A stretch of DNA of 64,000 nt from Marsupella aquatica. Taxonomy: Eukaryota; Plantae; Marchantiophyta. A program made the position numbers and the translations under genes. A model generated the notes under the pieces. The model was not told where the DNA came from. It made no database searches and saw nothing but the letters and a program-made list of their open reading frames with translations. Location of the stretch: the NCBI GenBank assembly GCA_973895155.1, contig OZ316893.1:14414645-14478644 (forward strand), given 5' to 3'. Of the stretch, positions 37,598-50,544 are shown in pieces. How positions within the stretch are numbered: position 1 is the first letter of the stretch; each line of letters begins with the position of its first letter.

Positions 37598-38740
37598 TTA
37601 GAGACTGGACCCCGCAGATGAAGGAGCATGGTTCCCATTAATCACCAAGCTAGCTCTCGTGGGAGCCGAACTGAGATCCAACATTATAACTGTCTGAGCC
37701 TGCCATCGTTGCTTTAGAGCATGCTCCGCGAAAAGGGGCTTGAGAGGTAACCGAGCCATGGGCACCCGGCTTGCTTTAGAGCATGCTCTCCGAAAGTGGC
37801 TTGAGGGGTAACCGAGCCATGGGCACCCGGCTGACTGCTTTTGAAACGATTTCGAGGAAGCAGCAGCCTCCAACTTCATCTCGACCTCGTCTCCCTCGTC
37901 AAGAAAATGCTGCCCGGCGCCTTCAGATTGGTCAGAAGTGGGAAAAGCCACGAGAGTAAACTTCGTGTTGCTGGCTGTGGTTTGCGCTAATTCTGGCATT
38001 GGGGTGATGGATCCTGCTGCAATGTGCACATTCATGACCTCGAGTGGCGCACCCAGCTTCAAGTGCTGGCCGGATTCAACATCAATCATCTATGCTCTGT
38101 AGTCGTGGATCTGTAATCTACATTATCAGTGAAACCATACATAGTATGGGTGAAGTATACAGGGTCTTGGAAGGGAAGCTGCTGCTTCTGCAATTGAGGT
38201 AGCAGGTGGTGAAGGCCATGCCTGTTGCACGGTCAGCCACGGTGCAGGTCGTTCCCGGGCAGAAATTGGAGACTTCGTTACATGTCAACCCACAACCCAA
38301 CTTACGCTGCGATCGAGTGAAACTCTGGACCAGTACTCTTGGATCTTAGGGTGAAGAAAATCGGAGTACTAACAGCTCCTAGACGAATGTCTGAATACAT
38401 AGGAAATTCAAAGATGATTCTTTCGTGGGACTTTCAATCCAAGAAATTGTTGCCTAGCAGAGAATGCTCGCCAATGCTCTACTTCCCCCCAAATTTCTAC
38501 TCCACAGATCTTCTCATGGATGTTTTCCTCTCGGGCCTGGGTGGGTTGGAGTGGCCGGGTAAAAAGAGAAATCAATTTTCGATGAATTTGATTGGCCGGA
38601 AATACGTCCCCATGCACCCCTGCCTTGGCGATGTCTCGTGGGTACTCTCTAGCCAAAGAAAGGTAAGGCATGGAAATGCCATCTTGGGAATTTGGTGGAT
38701 GTCAGACCCCATCCTAGAGGTGAGCACTAGGTAGGCCAGA
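37598..38740 (-). pseudogene. Unidentified decayed coding-like segment (possibly F-box-associated type)
   Basis: Protein-like minus-strand ORF pieces (37598-38089, 38408-38671) broken by stops; no diagnostic motif recognised. Confidence 0.2.
37709..37831. repeat. ~62-bp tandem duplication
   Basis: ttgctttagagcatgctc..cgaaa.g.ggcttgag.ggtaaccgagccatgggcacccggc occurs twice. Confidence 0.92.
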
Positions 38741-39724
38741 TGGGAAGGCCCTAAGACTCTTTCTCATGTTATTGCTCCTTCTAGACTTCATTTAACAGCT
38801 CCTCGGACAAGCAGATATTTTATTAGTCAGACACAAATTTTTTAATAACTATATACTCACTAGCCAAATTCCCATGCATTGCACTAGCTATTGCAAGAAA
38901 CAAACTAAGAGGCAAATACTCTAAGCTTTTTGGATGTAGATTTTTAAGATGCCAGAACAATGTGGGTTCTTTGACAAGGCAATGATCCAACCCAATCGTT
39001 GCTTGTGTTACACTCTTACATCCTCTCAGTTGCCTAGAAGGAGGCAAAGCACCACAAACATCCTTTCTAATCTTCTTCTGACACTGAAGTTGACACGAAG
39101 CAGGACAGGTTGAGTTTCAAACATCACAAAGTTGCTCTCCGTGTCATCTTGGTGATTTAAGTCAATGTACTTCTTTCATTGTTGCATAGCCCAAATGTAT
39201 TGACATTGCACAAGTATCATTGCGACCATGTTCTCATTGTGGTCATGTTGTTGACCTTGTGGCCATGTTATTGTTGCAAAAATGTTGTTTTCAAGGTGTG
39301 GAGGAAACTGTAATGCTTAAACGAGTGCACAAAGTCTGTTATGAACAGTGCTGTCAATGTGTCCACATCGTCTGTTCATACGGAAGACGGTCAAATTGAA
39401 AGATTGTGCACTATGATGATAGCTCAAAGAGAAGCATGGTCTTTGCATCTCTATTACAAGCGGTCGGAATGGAAGATTTGCACGGAGAGGATAGTCGAGA
39501 GAGAAGTTTACTCAACAGCATGAAAGGATTGCTTTCTCAACATTTCTGAAAAATTTAGGTTGGTTGTGTCTCTTGTTGAGAACATCTCCCCATTGTTTCA
39601 AACAACATCCCAAACATGTCCCACTTGAGCGTTTCTATGTGGGTTGTCTCCTAAGGAATACTTGCAAAAGCTTTTCCCGTCTGTAAGGAATCTGACTTGT
39701 AAGGAGTGCAAGTGAGCGTTTGAA

Positions 39725-40178
39725 CAGAGTTCATTAACCTGATCAATTACCAGTCACTCATATCAGTGCAGCTCACTGGCCTTGCCGAATCAAGCATCCT
39801 TCTGGCCGTCTTGCCTTTTTGTTTCTTTTACCGTTTGGCCTCACCGGGCTGAAAATTTTCCACTTCAGCTGACTTCGCGGAGTCACTTTTTCTCTTGATG
39901 GGTTTACTGAGTTGGAAATTTTCCATCAGCTCACCCCACTGAGCCACTTTTTCTCTCCATGACCTCATCGAGTTGGAAAATTTTCCACTCGACTGGCCTC
40001 ACTGAGTCACTTGGCATTCGGCGGCCTTGCTGAGTGAAACTTTAGAGGGAAAAATCCACTCAGCTACCCTTGTAGAGTCAATTTTTCAACTCAACAGCCC
40101 GGCCAAGTCATCTTGGCGGGCCTGGCTAAGTGGACAATAAGCATGACTGATACTTGACACAGAGGACTGATAACTCGG
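39725..40178. mobile_element. ~450-bp MITE-like insertion present only in duplicate copy A
   Basis: Absent from the paralogous site (~51418). Ends are CAGAGTT... and ...AACTCGG (imperfect inverted). Repeated internal ctcactgagtcac and ggaaaattttccac motifs. No clear TSD. Confidence 0.6.
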
Positions 40179-40469
40179 AGTGAGTGTGGATGGCACAAAG
40201 CTTTGAAAGGTTGAAAAGAATTTCATTTTATTAACAGTTCTTCTCTTAACTGACATATCCGATTTCCGTGTTATTTATAAAGTTGGTGCCAATATGAGTA
40301 TTTCGCACATATTAGCTCCTGCTTCACGGCTATGTCAGCTCCTTATTCATGGCTGATCTGTTGTCATTTCTACTACCGTATTGTTTTGCAATACTGTTGT
40401 ATCGAATTACATTCTCTAGCTCGAGAGAGCAGTTTGATGACAAAGACGTCGCTATGAAGATCTCGAACA

Positions 40470-43008
40470 TCAAGTTGACATGCCAAAAGTTTTTTCCAGG
40501 AGCTCCGCTCTGTCTCGACTTAAGCCACTAGACATAACTTCTTTGATGTACTCCGGCGCTGTAAATGGCCTGTATCGAAGCGGGTGATCGGCATCCACAC
40601 ACTCTGGTCTTGGACGGATAACGTAGTTGGTCTCGCCTGACACAAAGGATGCAATCGACATGCGCCTGCTCTTTTCACTGGGCACCACTTGGTGCTCTGC
40701 GCTTAGAAATCTCCCATTTGTCCAAGCCTGCACAAGCAAAGGACGGGCACTTTGTCAAGCTCGTGCCAAGTAGAACCCGAGAGAGGGAGTTCCCAAAAAT
40801 CGATCCAGTAAACCTCGTGCTAAATCTCTTGAAATTAACGGAAATGACATTATTTCCCTTCTCTCTTCTACTCATAACTATCTATATGTCTGAATCCAAA
40901 GCTTTTCAACTAACACTTTCCCTAGCACAGGAAATTGAGTCGAGCATCTAAGGTACTTGGGCTCCGGCCATCAGATTATGCCGGAACTAACTAGGTGACA
41001 TGTATTTTGGGGGCCCTCTAATGGAAATCAGGCAACGCGGCTTTCGTGCTAGAATAGATTTACTCAAGATGTCCAGAAGTACAGGTACCCTTTCATTCAA
41101 TAGTCCAGACATAAGTAATGGGAATTCCAATTTTCAAGTCAAGTATTCAGAGTGCAGGAAGCACCTGCAGAAAGTCGCCACAGTTCACGATAAAAGCACC
41201 AGGCCGAGGGCGTACTCCATGCCAGGTCCCATCTCTGAAACGAATCTGCAGGCCCCCCACTGCATCCTGGTGCAGAAGGGTGATAATATCGGGGTCCGTG
41301 TGGCATTGAAGTCCCCACGTCAGTTCGGGATGCTCGCAGATGGGGAAGTTGTTGACCCTGAACCTGCCGTTGACCTGCTGCTTATGCCGATCACCCAGAA
41401 ACTCGTCCAAACTTTCCTCCGGGATTCCAAGACTAGCGACTATCAAGTCCATTAGAAGAAAGACCACCCTGCTCGATTGCTTTCCGTACTCTTCGGCGCT
41501 AGATCTGATCCAATTAAGCAGACGATGTGAACGATGGCTGCTGGTTAAATGAGCAAGTTGATTTAATGATTCGCTCAGGTTTGCGATCAATCTGTCCGTA
41601 GAAGTACAGTTCTAACTCTAGAACATGACTTTGAGCAGAGCTTGTATCGGGAAAACCTCTCGTTGACCATTTAAGGAAACTCCTCGTGGGACGGCATTTT
41701 GGCAACCTGAACTAGCTCCTACAGTAGAAGTTAAACGGGCTTAATACCTTAATGAATGACCCTTCAAGTTACTTTCAGGGCCACCCGGCCAGAGAGTGTT
41801 TGCGATCTCGTCCATTCTGCCAGGATAATTCTTTTCCGGTGCCTGTATGTCAATTGCTTCACTCCATGTGTAATGCGAGATCCTGCAGTTGTACGGGGGG
41901 TTACGCTTCATGGGCAGGTAACCAGGCAATGTGACCTTGCCAGGGATTATCTTGTTCGTCACTTTCATCTTCTCCTGCAATTCAATAAAGCCGGCCGGGT
42001 CAAAATTCTATGATCCTATCCACACTGTTTTATTGTCATGACGGGATACCGTGCAGCTCTGGGTTTGGTAAGTTATCGGAGCACATCGGTACGAGGTTAT
42101 AGGCTCTAACCGCGCGACTGTGTACGATGGGAGAGAGTTGCCTACTAGATCTGGACAGCCATCGTGAGTTGAACTTGACAACATAGAAACAATATAAACT
42201 TTGAAGATATTGCATGGTATTTAGTGCAAGAGGAAGCTATAAAATACGCAGGTGTCTTGGACAGAATATAAAAACTGTTGTCAAGCAATTCTCATCACAA
42301 GCAGAGTAAGAGCTATCCGATCCCCTGGTTATCGTGTTCACCGTCTCAATGGTTCAGACACAACTCAGCTATAAGGACGTTACGGCATGTGCATCTGCAG
42401 CTGGAATATCATTAGAAAATCTACAACACAACCAGACGGGCCCTCACGTGCTGAAGGATTAGTAACAATTGAACAGTCATTGAGAGTATTTAGGGACTTC
42501 ATTACTTCATTCTTACCTCAAGTGGAAGGTCAAATATTTGTCGACAAGATTCCTTGAGTTGGTCAACAACTTCCATAGGGAAACCGGAATTAACTATCTG
42601 GAAAAATCCATGCTCCTCGCAGGCTGCTCGAATTCCCTTCACAACATCAGATTTCGCTTCCTCGCAGGCCGTGATCTCTGCCTCCAAACCGCTCTGAGTT
42701 CTTGCGTCTCCTGCCAACTTCTCGATCTCTCTCTGCAAGCTCTGCAACTTGAGCACTGGTGATAAATCGATAACATGAAGGTCAAAATCGTAGTGATCAT
42801 GCGCGAATTCCGGTCTGTTTCCCTCAGGCCAGATGAACGATGTCTTGTCCGGGGTCTTGCCAAGTTCCCCACGAGGTTCTGCACTGTCTAGCTTCATGAC
42901 TTGATATTGTTTCATCACATCCTCCACAGTCACTTCGCTTGAAATCTTCTTTACCGGCTCAGGATACGACGCGATTGGCACCTGTGCTGGCACTGGCGTA
43001 GCAGCCAT
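40470..43008 (-). CDS. 2-oxoglutarate/Fe(II)-dependent dioxygenase (DOXC class), copy A; exons 43008-42517, 41974-41748, 41504-41165, 40727-40470; 438 aa
   Basis: DIOX_N (VIDLS...IRAACEEHGFFQIVN), NNFPIC, HTD, LLHQDAVGGLQ, NCGDFLQAWTNG, distal His (AEHQV) and RMS. Splice phases give one continuous frame. An alternative in-frame ATG lies at 43026. Confidence 0.95.
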
Positions 43009-45367
43009 AGCTACAGTTCCTACCATAGAGAATCAACGTCCAGAGTTCCAATCAGTGAAATACCGTATCTAGCGCACCTCAAGACTAGCCAGCAACTGGA
43101 AAAGCAAGAGCTACAAGTCTCCTACCCACGTTAACCCGCTGTCGCAGTTTGATTCCTAAGAAATGTTAGATGTGGAAACACCGACGGAGGCAGCCTAAGG
43201 CTGATTTGCACTCCTACGACATTGGTCGCTTTCCGACATAGTGACGATCGACCCAATATCATGAAGATGCAAGCAATCAGATTTTGAACTTTAATCGACA
43301 GCGGCCGATTTCATGTCAATCAGTATCTACTGTGCAGCCTCACAGATATCTAGGAATGCAAAAGTGGGCAATTAGACAGTCATGTTCATTGAGAGTTGAT
43401 GAGACGTTATACATGGAGTACTATGGGGCAGCCCCCATAATAACTTGTCTCAATTCCCTCATTGCCAAATAGAGGTGGTGGGCGCCTAGCTCCTACTACT
43501 GCACAGCGCACCTCAATATCTAATTTAGTCTACTAATCTGGACGGGTGGACCATTTCTAACACAGACAACCGCTGTACAGCGCTAGACAAACGAATAAGC
43601 AAACACTATATTCAGGACCTTCATCCCGGCCATTCTAGTTCAATTGATCTTCTGGAAGTCGAATTCAGACTTACCGTGGCGAGAATGCACGTACTGCTTA
43701 CTATACAATCCTTCCGAATTAGCGGCACAATGAATAACCCGACCGAGGTTCCTACTTCGAGCTTACAACACCAATCCCCTGAACTTGTCTAACCTTGGAC
43801 AAGTCAAAACATATCTCCTGGAATTGAAGTGGCATTCCAGCCAATCCTCACTCTGTAGCAATTGTTGTTGTTGATGGGACTACTGTACCACACCACTCGA
43901 TTGAATATTTGAATGTCTTCGACAAGGAACATCTACCTAAGTTCAAGCCGCGAGTGTAATTTAGTTTTGGCACTCCGTACACATCAATGGATGCCGGACA
44001 GGAAAAGATGCATTGGGCTTTTTAAATGCAGAGTTAAAGAGTCACCCGGATTTCATACTCTGTATATTCCCTCCAGATAAACGTCATGATGCTAGACATA
44101 AAAAATATTGACTGTAGAAACTGTTTGACATGAGTTAGTAAGACGCGAACTACACCACAAGATACGACAGCGATGCCTCGAGGCATGTGAACACTGTGAA
44201 ATGCCAACCACAGCTCACTTCTAATACCTCACCAGCAACTTACTACAGCGGCTAATACCAGTCATGGTCGACGTGCACACTTACTCAATACTTCTTCCAC
44301 AGCTCCAAATTAACCGGCTCCCCCGACTGCTTTCAACTTCCACTCATAAGACTCCACTTCCAAAGAGGATCACAACGAGCGTTCGGCTTCAGCGTCCATA
44401 GATCAATTTGATGGATGCGTCCTAATCGGTCTTTTGCTCGTTCTGGGAAATCAGATTCAAGGTCGACCTCTTCCCCAACGACTCAATCTCTCCTTCTAAC
44501 TTAGCATACCACAGAGGAGAGATTGCAGAACTGGCCAACGATCCTATAATAGCAAGACCACAGGAATGAATTGATATCGAACAAGGGCACGACAGTCAGA
44601 CCACCAGATACTTGTTGACCCAGCCACACTACTATGACGATATTTTCAGCCAATCGATCTTCGAAGCTAGGTACCAAAAGCTCCCGTCTGAACTGAAGCT
44701 TTGTACCCATTACCCAGCTTCATGCATCTTTTCTGCTAGCTAGGGGATTAATTACTGTGTCTTTTTCTTGGTTGGGTGTGATCTTATGATCACGCCAGAA
44801 TTTCGAAAGAGGATAAAACGAATTGACTGACGATAGAAATCATGAGCAACGATTCTTTTCTATTTTTGGGCAAGATCATCACGACCGGCGCTACAGCCAG
44901 AAAATCATTTTGTTTAACGAGTTCGGTGACATCTTTCCACGATGACAATCAAGTCCTTTCCGGGCCAATGGGGACAGAATTAAGTAATCTGCAACCATCC
45001 GGTGTTCCACCATAGGCATAGCACAGTCAAGGTCGTGGAGTAAAAGTTGGGGACCAGTTGGATTTCCCGTAGATGCATGCATCTATCCGCGTCATATATA
45101 TCACAATCGAGATCACAATCTGCAGTACCACCGGCGACACAACTCATGAAAACTTGCTGGTGACAGTGGTGATTTAAGACTGAGTGGTAAGTAGTGGAGG
45201 AGATCAGAAGGGGAACGTGACTGTGCAATCTTGTGCTTGAAGGTGTGTTTTCTCCTCGGTGGTGTCGCACATGTTGATCCTCGTGATGATCGATGTTCAC
45301 GAGAATAATAATACGTAGTAGTTTACAGGCTTTATTGGACGTCTTGCATGTAGACCGTCCTAAAAAC

Positions 45368-45476
45368 AATGGTTACCACTCGCTAAATTCTCTTGTCCTG
45401 CTTGTAAGGTGTGCAAGTACAATGGTTACCACTCGCTAAATTCTCTTGTCCTGCTAAGTGTAAGGTGTGCAAGTAC
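45368..45476. repeat. ~52-bp tandem duplication
   Basis: caatggttaccactcgctaaattctcttgtcctgct...tgtaaggtgtgcaagtac occurs twice. Confidence 0.9.
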
Positions 45477-45529
45477 TTTTCTTGTCTCTATTTTTTCTGG
45501 ATATTTTCATTTCTTGAGAGTATTGTCTT

Positions 45530-46817
45530 CTTCTTCTTCTTTTCAAGGGAAAGCGACGTACAGGGCGCATTTTTTATTCAACGACACCCGCGGCGAGAAC
45601 CAGCAGGAGGAGAAAAACAAGCCCAGAAACCAGGGCACCCGAAAGCCCCCCCAAAACGAGAGCGCCAGCCCCCAACAAGTCACAGCAGAGAGGACAGGGT
45701 AACAAGCCAAAAACACCAAACAAAGACCAGGACCCAGGCGAACCCAAGACAGCCACCGAGCCAAGGGGAACACGAAAGCCCAAAAACAGGCACACCACAA
45801 AGGCCCTAAGGGAAATCAGTGCAAGTCAAAGGGTGTTTAGTAAACCTAGGTCTAAATTGCCAATAATCGTAAGTTTTGTCATAAGGACATTGTTCCTTAT
45901 ATCTAAACTTGCAATTACTTCTCACTGATTTGGTAACAGTGACGTGCAAAGACTCCCTGCCAATGGTGAGGGACTCAATAGAGAACACAATTTGCAGAGT
46001 CATTCAAGCTCCTGAAGAGAATAGCAACAGGGCAGCCATCTTAAGGAATACTATGTCTGATGGTACACCTATCCGTAATGTGAGTAAGCTAGGTCAGTGA
46101 GTGTCTTGCTTAAGCTCCTAGCTTTTTTTGTGCCTTTAGTACATTGAAGAGTGGCATGGGCACTAATAACATTTCCATGGATAAAAAGTTGCAGTGGGAA
46201 CCTGGTGGAGGTGGCTTGGTATGTGTGTTGTCTTCTTTTGGTCCAAATGCTAGTGATCTTTTGATGAATCAGAAGAAGAAAGCCAGGATCTCGCTTCTGT
46301 GAGCGGATGGCAGTGTCCATGTTGCCAAAAAAAGAGCATCCAGTTGCCTTATTAAGCCTGGTTCTGACATCCACTTGTTCGAGTTGAGTCCAGTGGATTC
46401 TCAAGCGAGGACACTCATAGAACATGTGTTCAATGGTCTTGATATTACCTTGACATGCCGTGCAGTTCCCATCACTCATGTCCCACTTCATGGCTCTCAG
46501 GTTGGAGAAGAATCCAGCATTGAGGACTTTCCAGTAATCCAGTTTAACTCTAGGAGAGGTCTAGCAAGTACACAGGTGAATCCACGTCTTCTCCAAGTCT
46601 CAGGTCTGTCCATCAAATGCCATCTGTGGTTGAGTTGTGCAGTAGGTGTGGTGTGTTGTTGCATCATTAGAGCCCAGCTTTTAGTCTGAATGTTCCATCC
46701 TTTTTTTCTCCTTTTTTTCTCCTTTGGAGTTGATCAATGGAAATACCAGCAGGCTCAAAGTGTAGGTATCTGTGAGTGGATTCCCAACCTAGTAGCATGC
46801 AGTTTAGGGTTGAGACT
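45530..46817 (-). mobile_element. 5'-truncated L1-type LINE (zf-RVT end of ORF2, 3' UTR, (GAA)n tail)
   Basis: ORF 46069-46491 has CTACQGNIKTIEHMFYECP...W (CCHC zf-RVT). The minus strand has AATAAA at ~45575 and a GAA tail. Candidate TSD agt(a/g)ttgtctt at 45519-45529 and 46818-46828. Confidence 0.85.
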
Positions 46818-48090
46818 AGTGTTGTCTTGTCCTGCTAAGTGTAAGGTGTACAAGTCCTTTTCTTGAATGTTTGTGTTTATTTTTGGTTTTTTTCTTTTCT
46901 TGAGAGTGTTGTCTGGTTTATTCCAATTTGTCAAAACCTCAAGTTTCCAAGCCTTGCCCTTGATTCTCCATGTTGTATGCCATAAGCCCTGCCTGAAGAG
47001 CAGGTTTTTTGGACATAAAAGTCTTGGTCAATATTTTACTGCTTCTTGTGGAGATGAGGGCTGGAAAACTAAGGAACTCACCATATGATGGCTCTAACCT
47101 CCCTGCAAAAGAATCCAAGTCATTCCTTCTCTTTGTTGAACTTTAACTTAATGCCAGGGACAGTACATTGTCCCTCCCAATTAGTGTTAGTCAAAATAAT
47201 TGCGTAGCTCTGAAATTTCTCAGTGTTGCACAAAATAGTGTGGGTCACATTATTTTTGGTGTGACTGAAGGAATATGGAGAGTGCAAGGAGAATTGCAAC
47301 ACACAACAGTCCTAATAAAGGACATAAAATTGAAATCAATGGAATTCAATAGTGCCACACATTATTTTCAGTGTCACTCTAATTTGCACTTCACAGGAAG
47401 TCACAGTTTTAGTCACACTAGTTCTACTATATCTATCACATTTGAATATAGAGCTTATACTGAGAATCACAATGCACAATAGAGGACATAAAACTGAGAC
47501 TCCTGAAGTGGCATTCGATAGCAGTGTAACTGGAGAACAACCATGTTAAGAGGGTGATGCCATCGCTCTGGATCTTAGCCCCCAAGGGACAGCATTAAGA
47601 AATGTGAAACAAGCCTCCCAGGGAAACCAAAGCAACAAGAAGTGGACTCTCAATATGACGCAAAAAGAACACCAAACCTCATGACAGTTTCTGGATAGTA
47701 AGAACACTCCATTACTCTAGTGATTAACACAAGAGCATTGCACGAAAACATCTTTGTCAGCAAGTGTCAGATTTTATAATTTATAGAGCCTATTTTTATC
47801 TTCAGACATTGGTTTGACCTACTCCTTGTGATTTGACATGTGTGATATCTTGTTGACTGAGACCTACTCCTTGTGATTTGACATGTTCCTGTGTGGTATC
47901 TTGTTGACTGAAATTGTTCTTTTTTCATAACTTACATGTGACCCCTAAATACATTAAGCACGAAAGGCAATCTGGAAGACAATTAATACAAATTAACATT
48001 TATTGTCCCCTAAGTGATGCCTGCTGCCCAGACCTGCAGGAAATGATTTTTTAGGTAAATACCTGGGGTGAGCCTTTGTTGCCATGAACT

Positions 48091-48161
48091 GGCCACAGGC
48101 TGAGTGGCAGCTGCACTCAGTGGGGCCCGAGAGGTCTTGGATTCTAATCCTGCCTTGGCCC
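48091..48161 (+). pseudogene. tRNA-derived sequence (tRNA-Pro-like pseudogene or SINE head)
   Basis: GGCCA...TGGCC acceptor-like stem, A-box-like AGGCTGAGTGG and B-box-like GGATTCTAATCC. CGAGAGGTC..GG.TTC.AATCC...GCCC resembles the 3' half of eukaryotic tRNA-Pro. The anticodon arm is defective. Confidence 0.5.
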
Positions 48162-48942
48162 ATTCTTCGTTTACCATTCACCCCACCCAAAAGTGGGGTT
48201 CATTCATGCTCTTTAAAACTCGGAAAAAAATGGAAAGGAGCGGGCAGCTATCTACTCGAGGCTCGATATTGACTCTTGTGCTGAATCAAATAGTGGGTAG
48301 TTAACATACTTCATTAGTTGAAGCCCTGAAGAGGAGCTCTTCTGGGCCCTTTGGTTTGATTAGTGTCAGAATATTTGGATAATTTGTTATGGACAGAGGT
48401 TCCTAGAACAAGCCGGACTAGCTGTTGAGCACTTCAAAGGAAAACATATGATTTGTGCCAAGGAAGGCAGGCAAGTACCTGTTGGATTGTATAGCATTTT
48501 GAAGGTCGAACCATGTCAAGCAATCTATAGTGTCAAGGGGGTTATCCCAGGGGTTATGGGATGTAATATATCCCTGAGGGCAGTGACCCCCGCGGTGACC
48601 CCAAGGGGCTTACGGCCATGGCCCCCAAGTGGCCATGGATTAACAAGACAGAGTGGCCCGCAAGTGTAGTTTTATATGATCTGAAAATTGTGGCTGAAAT
48701 TAGAAAACCCTCCAGGCGGGCTAATTGGGCGGGGGAATCTCATGACACCTAGGCCAAGCTGGGAGGGGGATAATGGCTCATAACAATTACTAAAAATGTA
48801 TGCAACAAGAAAAATACACTAGGGGTTCATAAGTAGGATAATCTTTCCTTCCGCTTGGTGAATAAGGAAAGACTGTTTGTGGGTTTGCCTGTTGCAATGG
48901 AGTCAGTGAGAAGCTATGCACAGATAAATAAATACATGCAGG

Positions 48943-49455
48943 TTAATCATGGATACAATTAGAGGTTGACTCAGAGGTTGAGAAGTATTTCAGCGAATAT
49001 CCTGGCCTGGTGAAGCACTTGCTGAGAGTGTGTTGTTTGTGTTGTATGATTGGTTGGACTGCCTGGTGAAGCACTTTGCTGAGAGTGTGTTGTTTGCATT
49101 GTATGATTGGTTGGACTACTCCATTGGGTTTAACGGAGCTTTGGACCCAACACCCTCTTTGCTCCCTCTTGGAGATGTTACCATTCTGGACTAGCATGTC
49201 TGCAATATACAAGATGAGCCTCCACTTGCAATGCCTATATGTACCGTTTGACCAGTGAGATTGGATCCCTATGGAGTGTTCAAGGCAAACTGTGCATTGG
49301 AGGCCCGATTGGAGGCTACTAGACTGGGAAAGAGATATACCTGAAGCATTGGGCAATAGATCATAGGTGAGGGCAAAAATTTGCCAATTGATCAATTGCC
49401 TTAAAATGAGCAGGGAATTGATAGTCTGGCTAGAAGGTTTCAAAATGTGTGCCAT
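48943..49455 (-). pseudogene. Possible hAT-type transposase N-terminal zinc-finger fragment
   Basis: GLQCTVCLEH....WSNGT pattern and an internal ~55-bp duplication (49005-49117). GC-rich subterminal-like DNA at 48535-48770. Confidence 0.3.
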
Positions 49456-50544
49456 CCACCACTATTGAATACACTAGATGGAGGCAGCACTAGTCAGAAA
49501 GTACTGTACAAATGACTACCACTACTCCACAACAAGATTTCATGATTGTACAGTTCCTGCCCTGCTTTTAAAGGGGGGCAAATGACAAGGGGGTGCTTTT
49601 AAAGGGAGATCTATACAAGAGGAAACTCGGGGTGAAAGGAATACTACTGGTCTGGTGAATGGGACTCCCAAAACAATATAGAATATTGGTAGGCTAGGGA
49701 CTAGAATGAACTTGACATAGACAGTTTTGTTTTCAGAATAGTGATGGGGCAATCTTCACAGACCTGTGTATGTTCTAAGGGATGACAACCATGAATGTAA
49801 TCTCTTTGAGCCCATGCTCAATCAATAATAGTCTCAGTTTAGTAGGGGTTATCATATCAAGTGCAACTTTTTGAGTAATAAACACACTAAAAAATTAGTA
49901 TTTGAACCTACTTAATTATGTTTATTCAAAAAGGTTTTTCCTTGTTTTTAAGGTGTTATTACTCCAAAACGTTTCCAAAGTTGGCTTAAAAGATCCTATC
50001 TGTTACTTAATAATTCTCAAAATTGGATATATATGATCTTGACTGTCTACTGATTATTGGATATAATAAAATGATTCGTGCATTATGGCTTAAAAATAAA
50101 TATCTTGATAAGATGTACAGCTGGGATTTTTTGCTCAAAAAATTAAGAAACATTATTAAAAAACAACAACAAAATGACTTGTTGTCCCCCTTTTCCCTCC
50201 TTGACTCTTGCCTGACATTACAAAATGCACAAAACGTATGGCCTTACATATGTGTACACCCTTTTATACCTGGAGTAGTGGTTTAAGCCAAGCCTTTTTT
50301 TGATTGCCATTATTTAGGTCAATCTTTAGGTGTCAGCGTGCATTTTCTCCCATTCTCATTTTTAGAAATTGATGACTTGAGTGAAGTAACAAACCAAAGA
50401 CTTGTTCATGCAGTACTAGTGAATTACTTTTTGCAAGTCAGAAGGAGACAAAGAACCGGGGTAAAACACTAATAAGAGGTTCACTTAGTTTACTAGGACT
50501 CCCGCTAGGACTAGGGGCTCAGCGGGGAACACCAATGTTTCCAA

